From the NCBI GenBank assembly GCA_039798785.1, contig JBDKFG010000070.1, forward strand, positions 10,338 through 74,337: a stretch of 64,000 nucleotides of DNA, written 5' to 3'. Below, in pieces: positions 9,056 to 20,206 of the stretch. Every line of letters starts with the position of its first letter. Within the stretch, counting starts at the first letter, position 1. This stretch comes from Verrucomicrobiota bacterium (GTDB lineage Bacteria; Verrucomicrobiota; Lentisphaeria; Lentisphaerales; Lentisphaeraceae). The notes under the pieces were generated by a model. It saw only the letters and a program-made list of their open reading frames with translations. It did not search any database and was not told the DNA's origin. The position numbers were made by a program, and so were the translations under genes.

Positions 9056-10621
9056 TCAAATATGGACTGTGAACGCAGCGTGGCAATGCAGGAGGCGTCC
9101 GACTTTCTCGATCAACTCGGCAGGAGGTTCGCCGTTGAGCTTGAGAATGGCGATGGAGCGGCTGCCGCTGTCGTTGTGGGGCGAACGGATGTCCTCGATG
9201 TTCAAGCCTTCCAGCGCCATCGCCTGGGAGATCTGGGCGAGCACGCCGGGACGGTCGTCGTAGACGAAGACGGCGGTGTGACCGGTGGGCTCGTAGTAGA
9301 GCTTGCCGAACTCGCCAATGCGGGAGACGATGATGTTGCCTTCGGTCAAGGTGCCACGCACCGAGACGCGGTCCATCTGCTGAGTGCCGCTGATCAGGTC
9401 GACGGTGATCGACTCGCCGTAGCGCTTGCCTTCGTCGGTGTCGCGGATCTTGCAGCTGATGCCGCGCGACTTGAGATATTCCTCGGCCTGCTCGATGTCG
9501 GTGATCTTGTTGTCACCCGAGATGGCGGCGACGATGGGGGGGATCAGCCAGCGCGAGAAATCCTTGAGCTTGCCGTAGAAGCTCGCCTGAATCTCGAAGA
9601 CCGGCGCCTTGGCGCCGATGTAGGAGCGGGCGAAGCGGGCCAGAGCGGAGCTGAGCTGCTGGTACTCCGGAGCGAGACCGTCGGGCACCGACTTGTTGAC
9701 CACGTGCATGGCCAGACCGCGCTCGAGGAAGTTGATGGTCTGGTTGGCGGCCATGCGGGCGGCGTTGTTGTTGGCCTCGAAGGTGCTGGCGCCGAGGTGC
9801 GGCAGCATGATGTCGGCGATGTCGGCGCAGGTCTTGGGGCCTGCCTCGTCCTTGTCGTAGACGTCGTTGCAGAAGACGATGCGCTTGCTCTTGCGGGCTT
9901 CGCGAAGAGCCTCTTCGTCAAGCACCTCGCTGCGGGCGCAGTTGACCAGGACGGCGCCGTCCTTCATCAGGGAGAAGTACTGGGTGCTGATGATCTTCTC
10001 GGTCTCCTTGGTGGCGGGCAGGTGGAGCGAGAGGAAGTCGCAGGTGGCGAAGATGTCTTCCATCGAGGCGATCTCGGCGCCGTGCTCGCGGGCCTTGTCG
10101 AGGGAGACGAAGGGGTCGTAGATCTTGAGCTTGACGTCGAAGCCGCGGAGGCGCTTGGCGAGGAGCTGCCCGATGTTGCCGAAGCCGAGGATGCCGACGG
10201 TCTTGCCGGTGATCTCACTGCCCATGTACTTGTTCTTCTCCCAAAGCCCGGCGCGGGTGGTCTTGTCGCCATCGATGAAGTAGCGGGCTCCGGCGATCAT
10301 CAGGCCGACAGCCTCTTCGGCGACAGCGTTGGAGTTGGCGCCGGGAGTGTTCATCACGGCGACGTTGCGGCTGCGGGCATGCTTGATGTCGATGGTGTTG
10401 TAGCCGGCGCCGGCGCGGACCACAAGACGCAGGGCAGGCAGCATGTCGATGATTTCGGCGGTGATCTTCTCGGAACGGACGACCAGGCCGACAGCGTCCT
10501 TGTGCTTCTCGAGCAGGGCCTTAAGTTCGGTCTTGCCATCCTGGACGACCTCATAGCCTTGAGCCTCGAGCAGCTCTTTGCAAACGGTTTCCAGCTTGGT
10601 CGGAATGATGATCTTCGGCAT
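9056..10621 (-). CDS. serA: D-3-phosphoglycerate dehydrogenase with ASB and ACT domains
   Basis: 'RAGAGYNTID', 'NTPGANSNAVAE', 'GFGNIG', 'NCAR', 'PHLGAST', ACT 'DRPGVL'. Confidence 0.92.
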   Translation of the reverse strand: MPKIIIPTKLETVCKELLEAQGYEVVQDGKTELKALLEKHKDAVGLVVRSEKITAEIIDMLPALRLVVRAGAGYNTIDIKHARSRNVAVMNTPGANSNAVAEEAVGLMIAGARYFIDGDKTTRAGLWEKNKYMGSEITGKTVGILGFGNIGQLLAKRLRGFDVKLKIYDPFVSLDKAREHGAEIASMEDIFATCDFLSLHLPATKETEKIISTQYFSLMKDGAVLVNCARSEVLDEEALREARKSKRIVFCNDVYDKDEAGPKTCADIADIMLPHLGASTFEANNNAARMAANQTINFLERGLAMHVVNKSVPDGLAPEYQQLSSALARFARSYIGAKAPVFEIQASFYGKLKDFSRWLIPPIVAAISGDNKITDIEQAEEYLKSRGISCKIRDTDEGKRYGESITVDLISGTQQMDRVSVRGTLTEGNIIVSRIGEFGKLYYEPTGHTAVFVYDDRPGVLAQISQAMALEGLNIEDIRSPHNDSGSRSIAILKLNGEPPAELIEKVGRLLHCHAAFTVHI

Positions 10622-10712
10622 CGCGGCGCTCCCTACGTTTTTGGTTAATCATGACAGTATTTTACGGTGGCGGGACAGTATCCGCAAGAGTGATGACGCG
10701 CTTCGTGGCAAA

Positions 10713-12134
10713 TCAGGATTTCCTTCGCTGCGCCACCGACCCTATCCCTAGTTCCTCGCGGTATTTTGTGACGGTGCGACGCGAAACCTCCAGTCCTTCG
10801 GCGGCGAGAAGGCTGGCGATGTCGCCGTCGCCGAGCGGGCTGCGACGGTCCTCGCTGAGGATGAGCTCCTGCAGCCGCTGCTTGAAGGCTTCGGTAGAGA
10901 GGCGTCCGCCGCTCGAGGTCTCGAGGCCGGTGCTGAAGAAGAATCGGAGAGCGAGAAGTCCGCGAGGCGTCTGCACATGCTTGCCGCTGATGGCGCGGGA
11001 GACCGTGGTTTCATGGACACCGAGCTCCTCGGCGATGCTGCGCATGGTGAGGGGCTTGAGACCGGCGAGGCCTTCTCGGAAAAAGCTCTCCTGTTCGCGG
11101 ATGACGATGGCGAGCAGGCGCATCAAAGTGCTCTCGCGCATTTCCAGGGCGCGCATCAGGGATTTTGAAGCGAAGACCTTGTCTCGTATCCATTTCTTGT
11201 CCTCGGCCGGGACACGCGGGTCCTCGAGGATGGCGAGGCAACGGTCGGAGAGGCGGAGACGAGGCATGGAATCGCGCAAGGGGCGGGCCGCGAGGCTGCC
11301 GTCTTCAAGCGTCTCGATAACCGCCTCGGCACTGACGAAATCGGGATTGCGGTCGGAGACCACCAGGCCGGGCCAGGGGCTGGTGAGTCGGCGGATCTCG
11401 GCGATCGCCTCCTGCACCTGGCCGGGTTCGAGCTTAAGGAATTTCGCCAGCTTGCCGGCGTCGCCTTTGGCCAGCAGCTCGGCGTGCTTGGCGACGATTT
11501 TCCACGGGAGTTTGCCTTGCTGACCGCGACGCTTGAGCTGCAGCAGCAGGCATTCCTGCAGGTCGCTGGCGCCGATGCCTGCCGGTTCGAAGCTCTGGAT
11601 CAGCGCGAGCACCTCCTTAACCGTCTTCAGATCGACTCCAAGAGCCGCGGCGATCGGCTGGGGGCCGCCGGGGAGATACCCGGCTTCATCGAGAGAGCCG
11701 ATGAGGTGCTCTGCGAGAGGATGAAGGTGCTCCGGCAAATCACTGGTGCGAAGCTGCTGCATCAACATCTCTTCGAGCGTCTCCCCCTGAGTGAAGGAAT
11801 CGAAGAAATGACGGCGCCGTTCTTCGGCGTCGCTGTCGGGCGCCTGGTAGCTGCCGCGCTCGGCCGAGACGATGGAGGCCAATGATTCGTCTCTTTCGAC
11901 CGCTCGCGCCCCCGCCTCGGGATCCTCTTCGGCGCCATGAGCCAGCGGGTCGCCATCAAGAATTTCACCGCCAGCCTCTTCCAATTCCAAGGTGGGATTG
12001 GAGGCCATCTCCAGGTTGATCCGCTGCTGCAACTCCATCACCGGCATCGCCAGGATCTCCAGCGACTGCATCTGCTGCGGCGCCATGATCTGTTCCTGGC
12101 CCATCCTCTGGCCCTGGAATAATCCTTGTTGCAT
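10713..12134 (-). CDS. rpoN: RNA polymerase sigma-54 factor
   Basis: Gln-rich region I, 'NPTLE', 'EPAGIGA', 'LKPLTMRSIAEELGVHETTVSRA', RpoN box 'SRRTVTKYREEL'. Confidence 0.97.
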   Translation of the reverse strand: MQQGLFQGQRMGQEQIMAPQQMQSLEILAMPVMELQQRINLEMASNPTLELEEAGGEILDGDPLAHGAEEDPEAGARAVERDESLASIVSAERGSYQAPDSDAEERRRHFFDSFTQGETLEEMLMQQLRTSDLPEHLHPLAEHLIGSLDEAGYLPGGPQPIAAALGVDLKTVKEVLALIQSFEPAGIGASDLQECLLLQLKRRGQQGKLPWKIVAKHAELLAKGDAGKLAKFLKLEPGQVQEAIAEIRRLTSPWPGLVVSDRNPDFVSAEAVIETLEDGSLAARPLRDSMPRLRLSDRCLAILEDPRVPAEDKKWIRDKVFASKSLMRALEMRESTLMRLLAIVIREQESFFREGLAGLKPLTMRSIAEELGVHETTVSRAISGKHVQTPRGLLALRFFFSTGLETSSGGRLSTEAFKQRLQELILSEDRRSPLGDGDIASLLAAEGLEVSRRTVTKYREELGIGSVAQRRKS

Positions 12135-12245
12135 GATGACTCGAATCCTTTCTGTTCCATTTCGTCTTTGACTTTAGTCCGATATCGCAATTACGACGAT
12201 ATGGCGATATCGCCAGTCCTGGTTTTCCGGGCTAAGTTCGGCGCC

Positions 12246-13619
12246 ATGAAAAACTCCCCCCAGGCCAGCACCATCGCCGCCATCGCCACCGCCGTCGGCG
12301 GCGGCGTCGCCATCATCCGCCTCAGCGGCCCCCGCGCCCTCGACTTCGCCAATCTCGCCTGGAAGGGGCCGCGTCGGCTGTCGGCCGACGACGAGCGGCG
12401 GATGATCCTCGGCCAGATGCGCGATCCGCAAACGGGCGCCCCCGGCGACCAGGCGATGGCGGTGTATTTCCGCGGCCCCCGCAGCTACACCGGCGAGGAC
12501 GTCGTCGAGTTCCAGTGCCACGGCGGCGGCCTCTCCGCCAAGTCCACCCTCGAATCCTGCCTCCGCGCCGGCGCGGTCGCCGCGAAACCGGGCGAATTCA
12601 CCCTCCGAGCCTTCCTCAACGGCCGCATCGACCTGACCCAGGCCGAGGCCGTCGCCGACCTGATCGGCGCCCAGAGCGGCCAGGCCCTCGCCGCCGCCGA
12701 ACGCCAGCTCGATGGATCCCTCGGGCGCCGCGTCCGCGCCGTCCGCGACCGCCTCAGCGACCTACACGCCGAGACCGAGGTGCGCCTCGACTTCACCGAG
12801 GAGGATCTCGACTGGACCCCTCCCGACTCGATGTTCCGCGCCCTCGCCGAAGCTTCGGCCGAACTGGAGAAGCTCCTCGCCGGCCGGCGCGACGGCGAAA
12901 TCCTGCGCTCCGGCATCCGCACCGTCATCGGCGGCCCGCCCAACGCCGGCAAATCCAGCTTCCTCAACCTCCTCCTCGGCCGCGACCGCGCCATCGTCAC
13001 CGACATCCCCGGCACCACCCGCGACACCCTCGAGGAGAGCGCCCACATCCGCGGCATCCCGCTGCGCCTGGTCGACACCGCCGGCATCCGCGACACCGAA
13101 TGCCTGGTCGAGAAGACCGGCATCGAGCGCAGCCGCGCCGCCTTGCGCGAGGCGCAACTGGTGTTCTGGCTCTGCGACCTCAGCCGCCCCCTCGACGAGC
13201 AGCTGCCCGACCCGGCGATCGCCTGGACCTGCCCGCTCGTCCTGGTCTTCAACAAAAGCGACCTGGTGCCCTCCCCTGCCCTGCCCGCCGCGGCTCTCGC
13301 CCTGACGCCGCACCGCGCCCTGATCTCCGCCCGCGACGGGATCGGCGTCGAGGCCCTCTTCGACCTGGTCGAGCGCTTGGTCTGGGAGAAACCGCACGCC
13401 GAAGCGCCGGAATACGCATTGAACAGCCGCCATTCGGCCCTCCTCGAGGCCGCCCAGGCCGCCCTCGCCGCCTGCCCGCGCGAGCTCGAAGGCCGCCGCT
13501 GGGAACTGCTCGCGGTACATCTGCGTTCCGCCTGCGATTCTCTCGGCGAGATCCTCGGCGAGACGATCCGCCCCGACATCCTCGACACCATCTTCGGCCG
13601 CTACTGCATCGGCAAATAA
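12246..13619 (+). CDS. mnmE: tRNA modification GTPase MnmE/TrmE
   Basis: 'TIAAIATA', 'PRSYTGEDVVE', 'GEFTLRAFLNGRIDLTQAE', 'GPPNAGKSS', 'PGTTRD', 'DTAG', 'NKSD', terminal 'CIGK'. Confidence 0.97.
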   Translation: MKNSPQASTIAAIATAVGGGVAIIRLSGPRALDFANLAWKGPRRLSADDERRMILGQMRDPQTGAPGDQAMAVYFRGPRSYTGEDVVEFQCHGGGLSAKSTLESCLRAGAVAAKPGEFTLRAFLNGRIDLTQAEAVADLIGAQSGQALAAAERQLDGSLGRRVRAVRDRLSDLHAETEVRLDFTEEDLDWTPPDSMFRALAEASAELEKLLAGRRDGEILRSGIRTVIGGPPNAGKSSFLNLLLGRDRAIVTDIPGTTRDTLEESAHIRGIPLRLVDTAGIRDTECLVEKTGIERSRAALREAQLVFWLCDLSRPLDEQLPDPAIAWTCPLVLVFNKSDLVPSPALPAAALALTPHRALISARDGIGVEALFDLVERLVWEKPHAEAPEYALNSRHSALLEAAQAALAACPRELEGRRWELLAVHLRSACDSLGEILGETIRPDILDTIFGRYCIGK

Positions 13620-13709
13620 GCTTTTTTTGTTTTCGTCCGCGCTTCGTAGTAGCTTGGCTTAACCTCGATTCCGAAGTTGAAGCTGTGAGTCAGCCTTCAG
13701 TCTTGAATG

Positions 13710-13787
13710 TTAAATCTTTGATTTTGTTCGCGTTCTGTTGAATCTTGAATTTTGAATCTGCTGAGCCCAAGCTCAGCTTCGGAATCC
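13710..13787 (+). repeat. Dispersed 3'-intergenic element, copy 1 (TTGAAT heptamers + GCTGAGC-ccaa-GCTCAGC hairpin)
   Basis: Matches the reverse complement of 40319..40412 except for a 16-nt indel. Confidence 0.9.
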
Positions 13788-13832
13788 AAGCTTAATCCAC
13801 ATCCTGCCCGAACCATTCACGGAAGTCCAACC

Positions 13833-13985
13833 ATGCCCTCACCGCGAGAACAAGTCCGTCTCCTAGCGACTCTGCACGCCGTCGCTCGCGACAAGCGCGG
13901 CTATGTCGTCCCAGTCAAGAAGGCCAAGGTCGTGATCCCGAGCAAAGAGCAGCTCGCTCCGCCTACTGCCGAGGCGATGCCATGA
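13833..13985 (+). CDS. Possible small basic protein (50 aa)
   Basis: ATG CCC TCA... ORF (MPSPREQVRLLATL...) with host-like codons; short, no recognised family. Confidence 0.4.
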   Translation: MPSPREQVRLLATLHAVARDKRGYVVPVKKAKVVIPSKEQLAPPTAEAMP

Positions 13986-13987
13986 AG

Positions 13988-14164
13988 GTTCAGGCAGCGG
14001 TTGGGGATGGCAGAGTTGGGGGCAGCGCCAGCTAGGCCAAACCCCAGAGCCCGCAGCGAGGCACGAGCGCAGGGCGGCGCGGGGGTTCTTTTGGCCGAGT
14101 GAAGCAGGCGCGGCCAGATCCTAACTCGTCCGCCATCTCTAACCAGTTGGCGGGGCCGCCGAAC
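13988..14164 (+). other. Long imperfect hairpin (candidate structured ncRNA or ssDNA element)
   Basis: Nested helices: GGTTGGGGATGGC/GCCATCTCTAACC, GAGTTGGG/CCTAACTC, GGCAGCGCC/GGCGCGGCC, GGCCAAA/TTTGGCC, CCCC/GGGG, closed by GTTCAGGC/GCCGAAC. Confidence 0.6.
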
Positions 14165-14254
14165 GCTCAGCAGACCCAGGAGGTGGCTGGCAATTTTTTA
14201 AAAACCACTCCCCCGTCAATTTGACCATTCCCGAATGGGCAGCACAATTCCACA

Positions 14255-14464
14255 TCAATCCCAGCTCCTCCTAAAGCTGCCCTCGAGAAAAGCTTCCGCA
14301 TAAGCGCTGTAGACCAGACTTGCGGCGAAAGGCAGGGCGACGAGCAGGCCCAAGAGCGCGATCCAGCGATGCGCCAGCCCCAAGAGGAATGGCGCTGAGA
14401 ACAGGAGCATGAGGCCCCAAAGCTCAAGGATTGTGGGCATCTTGTCGGAAATTTCGGCGAGCAT
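14255..14464 (-). CDS. Small membrane protein (2 TM), possibly truncated
   Basis: 69-aa hydrophobic ORF (MLAEISDKMPT...). Confidence 0.5.
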   Translation of the reverse strand: MLAEISDKMPTILELWGLMLLFSAPFLLGLAHRWIALLGLLVALPFAASLVYSAYAEAFLEGSFRRSWD

Positions 14465-14506
14465 GGGTGAGCTTGTTTTTTGGGGGGAGAGTGGGTGATA
14501 GAAAAA

Positions 14507-14806
14507 TTACACGACCAAGTAGACCATTGTTCCTGGTGACACTTGCTCTTTGGTGATGTTCTTGGGTAGCAAAATGGGCGCAGCAATGTTTCTGGGTTTC
14601 CGAGGTCCGCAATTTAGTAGTTCAATTGCTTTTACTTGAGTTCGAATGGAAAGACCTTCTGGAGTTAACAGGCGCAGCTCGTTTCCTTCGCGAATAATTG
14701 GAGAATCAGCTTCACAAGGGGCACCTGGCGCAAGCACACAGCCTCGCCCCTTGATTTGAACTGCAAGTTCAACAGTAAACAAATAGATTTCTTTTTCGGC
14801 GAGCAT
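14507..14806 (-). CDS. Stand-alone EF-Tu domain II-like beta-barrel protein
   Basis: 'LFTVELAVQIKGRGCV...IREGNELRL...TQVKAIE...ILL..ITKEQVSPG' parallels translation-GTPase domain II. Low GC. Confidence 0.6.
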   Translation of the reverse strand: MLAEKEIYLFTVELAVQIKGRGCVLAPGAPCEADSPIIREGNELRLLTPEGLSIRTQVKAIELLNCGPRKPRNIAAPILLPKNITKEQVSPGTMVYLVV

Positions 14807-14891
14807 GGGTTGATCTTGGTTCTGGGCTGGATGAAAAAAATGGGAATGAGGTGAGTGGGTTTTGCAACGGGGAGCTAGAGCGGAAACTCAG

Positions 14892-14952
14892 TCGATATCT
14901 GTCGATATCTATCGATATCACGATAGCTATCGATGGTATCGACAGACATCGA
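14892..14952. repeat. 61-bp ATCGAT-rich palindromic element, copy 1
   Basis: TCGATATCTGTC...GACAGACATCGA; colinear near-identical copy at 63843..63903. Confidence 0.88.
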
Positions 14953-14979
14953 TTGATATCGACAAGTGCTGCAAAATCT

Positions 14980-15016
14980 ACGCCCCCCGCAAATCACTTT
15001 GCGGGGGGGCGCGAAT
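14980..15016. repeat. REP-like hairpin ACGCCCCCCGCAA...TTGCGGGGGGGCGCGAAT, copy 1
   Basis: Direct repeat of 15828..15863; the two copies flank the LRR gene. Confidence 0.88.
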
Positions 15017-15045
15017 GGGGTAGCCATGATCTGCGAGCACTCGCC

Positions 15046-15783
15046 TCAAGTCGCAGGTTGCTTCAGTTTGGTGCCGCCACAATGTGGACGTTTAACGTAA
15101 TTATCAGGAGCATCTTGAATAGTGTCGAGACACGCCACTGAGCAGGCATGTACTAACAAGGGGACAATATCGGAGCCCATGCGTAGAGAAACCCATCTTT
15201 GAATAGGCAACTGCTTGAATTCACCAGTACAAATAGAGCAGAACTTCGGCCGGTATAAATCTGAATACTGCGGTAGCAACGGGAATGGTGGTCGATGCTT
15301 GTAGTTACCATAGACCGCTCGAGTACTGACAGTGGTCTGTTTTAATTTTTTACACCGGAGAATTTCGTACGGAAACCAATGCAGGCGATAGGATGTGTAG
15401 GGGGTGAACTCTTCAAGACTCCGCATTTCACCAATCTCTGGGGGAATCCGCGAGAGATTGCTTCCGTACACGATGAAATGCTTCACATTTTGTAGCTTAA
15501 CAATGGATGTGGGAAGCGTCACAATCTGCATCCATTCCTCAGGATCCATCTCCCGGAGCGGAGAAAATACCTCGCGTCCATCATTTGCAGCTTCATCAAT
15601 CAACTTCAATATACGAAGCCAGCCCGGAGCTTCTTCATCCTGAACGTCTTGATGGACCTCCAATTCTCGCCCTTTGAAATATTTCGGATCCAGACAGTTG
15701 CAGTAGGGGTGATCAATCGCATTGGCCTTTGATTCTTTCTTCCAATGATTCTGTAATAATTTGAGCTTGGGTTGTTCGTCCAT
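15046..15783 (-). CDS. Leucine-rich repeat protein with Cys/His-rich termini
   Basis: 'LPTSIVKLQNVKHF...NLSRIPPEIGEMRSLEEF...LHWFPYEILRCKKL'; C-terminal CSIC and HACSVAC. Low GC. Confidence 0.8.
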   Translation of the reverse strand: MDEQPKLKLLQNHWKKESKANAIDHPYCNCLDPKYFKGRELEVHQDVQDEEAPGWLRILKLIDEAANDGREVFSPLREMDPEEWMQIVTLPTSIVKLQNVKHFIVYGSNLSRIPPEIGEMRSLEEFTPYTSYRLHWFPYEILRCKKLKQTTVSTRAVYGNYKHRPPFPLLPQYSDLYRPKFCSICTGEFKQLPIQRWVSLRMGSDIVPLLVHACSVACLDTIQDAPDNYVKRPHCGGTKLKQPAT

Positions 15784-15827
15784 GGGCTTATCCTGATTTG
15801 CTTACGAAATTTATAACTAGAACAACG

Positions 15828-15863
15828 ACGCCCCCCGCAAATGCCATTGCGGGGGGCGCGAAT
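15828..15863. repeat. REP-like hairpin, copy 2
   Basis: ACGCCCCCCGCAA-ATGCCA-TTGCGGGGGGCGCGAAT. Confidence 0.88.
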
Positions 15864-15892
15864 CTTGGGCTCCAGGTTGTCCGGTTGTTGGC

Positions 15893-15916
15893 CTTTCAAC
15901 CTTTCAACCTTTCAAC
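15893..15916. repeat. Octamer tandem repeat (CTTTCAAC)x3
   Basis: Lies 12 bp past the sdhB stop; the same unit recurs at 57791..57920. Confidence 0.92.
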
Positions 15917-15928
15917 CTTGTTCAGCGA

Positions 15929-16710
15929 TCACTCGCCGCCGCCGCCTTCTTTGACCGGCTCTTCGAAGAGCGAGGCGTACATGAACTCGCGGTTCATGCG
16001 GGCGATGCCTTCGATGGAGATCTCCTTCGGGCAGGCGGCTTCGCACTCGCCTTCGTTGGAGCAGTGGCCGAAGCCTTCGGCGTCCATCTGGCGGACCATC
16101 GCCAGGGCGCGCTCGCGGGATTCGACCTTGCCCTGGGGCAGGAGGGCGAATTGCGAGATCTTGGCGGAGGTGAAGAGCGAGGCCGAGGCGTTTTTGCAGG
16201 CGGCGACGCAGGCGCCGCAGCCGATGCAGGTGGCGTAGTCCATCGCCTTGTCGGCGTCGGCCTTGCGGACCGGCATCGAGTTGGCTTCGGGAGCGGTGCC
16301 GACGCGGACCGAGATGTAGCCGCCGGACTGGATGATGCGGTCGAAGGAGCTGCGGTCGACGGCGAGGTCGCGGACTACCGGGAAGGCGGCGGCGCGCCAG
16401 GGCTCGATGGTGATGGTGTCGCCGTCCTTGAAGGAGCGCATGTGGAGCTGGCAGGTGGTGGTCGCCTTCTGGCCGCCGTGGGGCTTGCCGTTGATGTAGA
16501 GCGAGCACATGCCGCAGATGCCTTCGCGGCAGTCGTGGTCGAAGGCGACGGGGTCCTTGCCGGCGCGTTCCAGCTCGTCGTTGAGCTGGTCGAGCATCTC
16601 GAGGAAGGAGGAGCTGGTGGGGACGCTCTTCAGCGAGTAGGTCTCGAAGGCGCCGGAGCTGGCGGTGTTCTTCTGGCGCCAGATCTTGAGGGTGAGGTTG
16701 AGGGTGCTCA

Positions 16711-16711
<1 letters not shown>
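15929..16711 (-). CDS. sdhB: Succinate dehydrogenase/fumarate reductase iron-sulfur subunit
   Basis: '[13 protein letters not shown]', 'TTTCQL', '[11 protein letters not shown]', '[13 protein letters not shown]'. Confidence 0.96.
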
Positions 16712-18684
<1,973 letters not shown>

Positions 18685-18691
18685 GAGGGCC

Positions 18692-19426
18692 TCACTTGGT
18701 CACGGCGGGTTGGGAAAGGGCGGGCTTGTCGCTGGCGCAGGACTCGCACTTGATGAAGCCGAAGTAGATCGGGAAGCTGGAGTAGCCGAGTGCGAAGAAG
18801 ATCGCGAGGCCGACGCTGATGCGGGCGAAGAGGCCGTTCCACTTGGCGTGGAAGAGGCCGAGGGTCTGGCAGGCCGACTTGAAGGCGTGCATCAGGTGGA
18901 AGCCCATGACGATCATGGCGATGATGTAGAAGGCGGAGTAGGCGGGAATTTCAAAAAGCTTGGTGACGCATGTGTAGAGATCTCGGACCTTATCGCCGTC
19001 GATCATCACTGTTTCTTCCTTGCTGAACATGCCGAACTTGAAGCTGACGAGGTGGAGCACGAGGAAGACCAGAATGGTGAGGCCGCTATGCAGCATGCCG
19101 CGGGAATATGGGTTCGACTTGCCGAAGGTGTTGCGGACGGCATAGGCCTGGGGGCGGGCGGCCTTGTTCTTCAGCGACACCTGGATGGCGGCGACGATGT
19201 GAACCAGGAAGATGGCCAGGAGGACGACTTCGGCTCCGTAGATCAAGGGGGTCGAGCTGAGCATGTGGGCATAGGCGTTGAACTTGTCGGCGCCCCCGAA
19301 GGCGGGGAAGAGCGTCAGGTTGCCGAGCAGGTGAACGAAGAGGAAGCCGATCAGCAAGAGGCCAGTGACCGCCATGGTCACCTTCTTGCCGAGCGTGCTT
19401 GTGAAGAAGCAGGCGCACTTGTTCAT
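18692..19426 (-). CDS. sdhC: Succinate dehydrogenase cytochrome b558 subunit (single 5-TM anchor)
   Basis: '[10 protein letters not shown]...FVHLLGN', four TM His residues, '[11 protein letters not shown]'. ATG at 19426. Confidence 0.93.
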   Translation of the reverse strand: MNKCACFFTSTLGKKVTMAVTGLLLIGFLFVHLLGNLTLFPAFGGADKFNAYAHMLSSTPLIYGAEVVLLAIFLVHIVAAIQVSLKNKAARPQAYAVRNTFGKSNPYSRGMLHSGLTILVFLVLHLVSFKFGMFSKEETVMIDGDKVRDLYTCVTKLFEIPAYSAFYIIAMIVMGFHLMHAFKSACQTLGLFHAKWNGLFARISVGLAIFFALGYSSFPIYFGFIKCESCASDKPALSQPAVTK

Positions 19427-19636
19427 TTTCTTTTCTAGTCCTTTGTTTTTCTCTGGGAAATTGGCGAGTCCGGGAAGGACGGCCCGGAATATGCACCCGG
19501 AGATCGATAACGGCAAAGAATCCGGGCGGTTTTTTTGCTCTATTTCAGCATCATAGTGTCATAACGGAAGTTGCGAATTTGACTGGGAACTTCCGCCGGA
19601 GAAAGCAGATTGCGGTGGAAAACATACAGGTTGAGG

Positions 19637-20206
19637 ATGAAGGACGAAGATTGGGCGGATCTTGAGGCGGCAGTGCAGGGCGAAGAAGCCGCCTTGGTCC
19701 GTCTCTATGAAAAACACCGCGGTTTTGTCTTCAATCTCGCCCGTCGCTTCACCCAAAATCCCGATGACGCGGCCGATGTCCTTCAGGAGGTCTTCAGCCA
19801 TCTATGCCGCAAGGCGCCCGCCCTTCGACTGAATTGCGCCTTGCGCACCTGGCTCTACGCAGTGACCCGCAACCGCAGCATCGACCTACTGCGCAAGAAG
19901 TGGCGGCGTCAGCACGAAGGTTTGTCGGGGCAGGAAGTGGCGTCCGAAGGGGCTCCTTGCGATGACAGCGCGAGCCTGATCGCAGAATTGAGTGCCGGTC
20001 TGGACGAAGCTCAACGCGAGCTCATCGCCCTGCGTTTCCGCGACGAGATGAGCCTCGAGGAGATCGCCGTCCGGCTCGAGATTCCACTTGGCACGGTGAA
20101 GTCACGCCTGCACTATGCTTTGGCTCTGCTGCGCCGCCGCAATCCCATGGCCCTCCTCCTGCTGATGGCGCTGGACGAAGCAGCTCAGGCTGCAAGATCG
20201 TGCTAG
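19637..20206 (+). CDS. ECF (sigma-70 group 4) RNA polymerase sigma factor
   Basis: 'DAADVLQEVF', 'TWLYAVTRNRSIDLLRK', 'SLEEIAVRLEIPLGTVKSRLHYA'. Confidence 0.93.
   Translation: MKDEDWADLEAAVQGEEAALVRLYEKHRGFVFNLARRFTQNPDDAADVLQEVFSHLCRKAPALRLNCALRTWLYAVTRNRSIDLLRKKWRRQHEGLSGQEVASEGAPCDDSASLIAELSAGLDEAQRELIALRFRDEMSLEEIAVRLEIPLGTVKSRLHYALALLRRRNPMALLLLMALDEAAQAARSC

Noticed and set aside
13988..15863. Classical integron cassette array
   Set aside because: No tyrosine integrase, and no complete RYYYAAC...GTTRRRY attC after each ORF. Only an isolated GTTCGGC end at 14158-14164 (minus strand).
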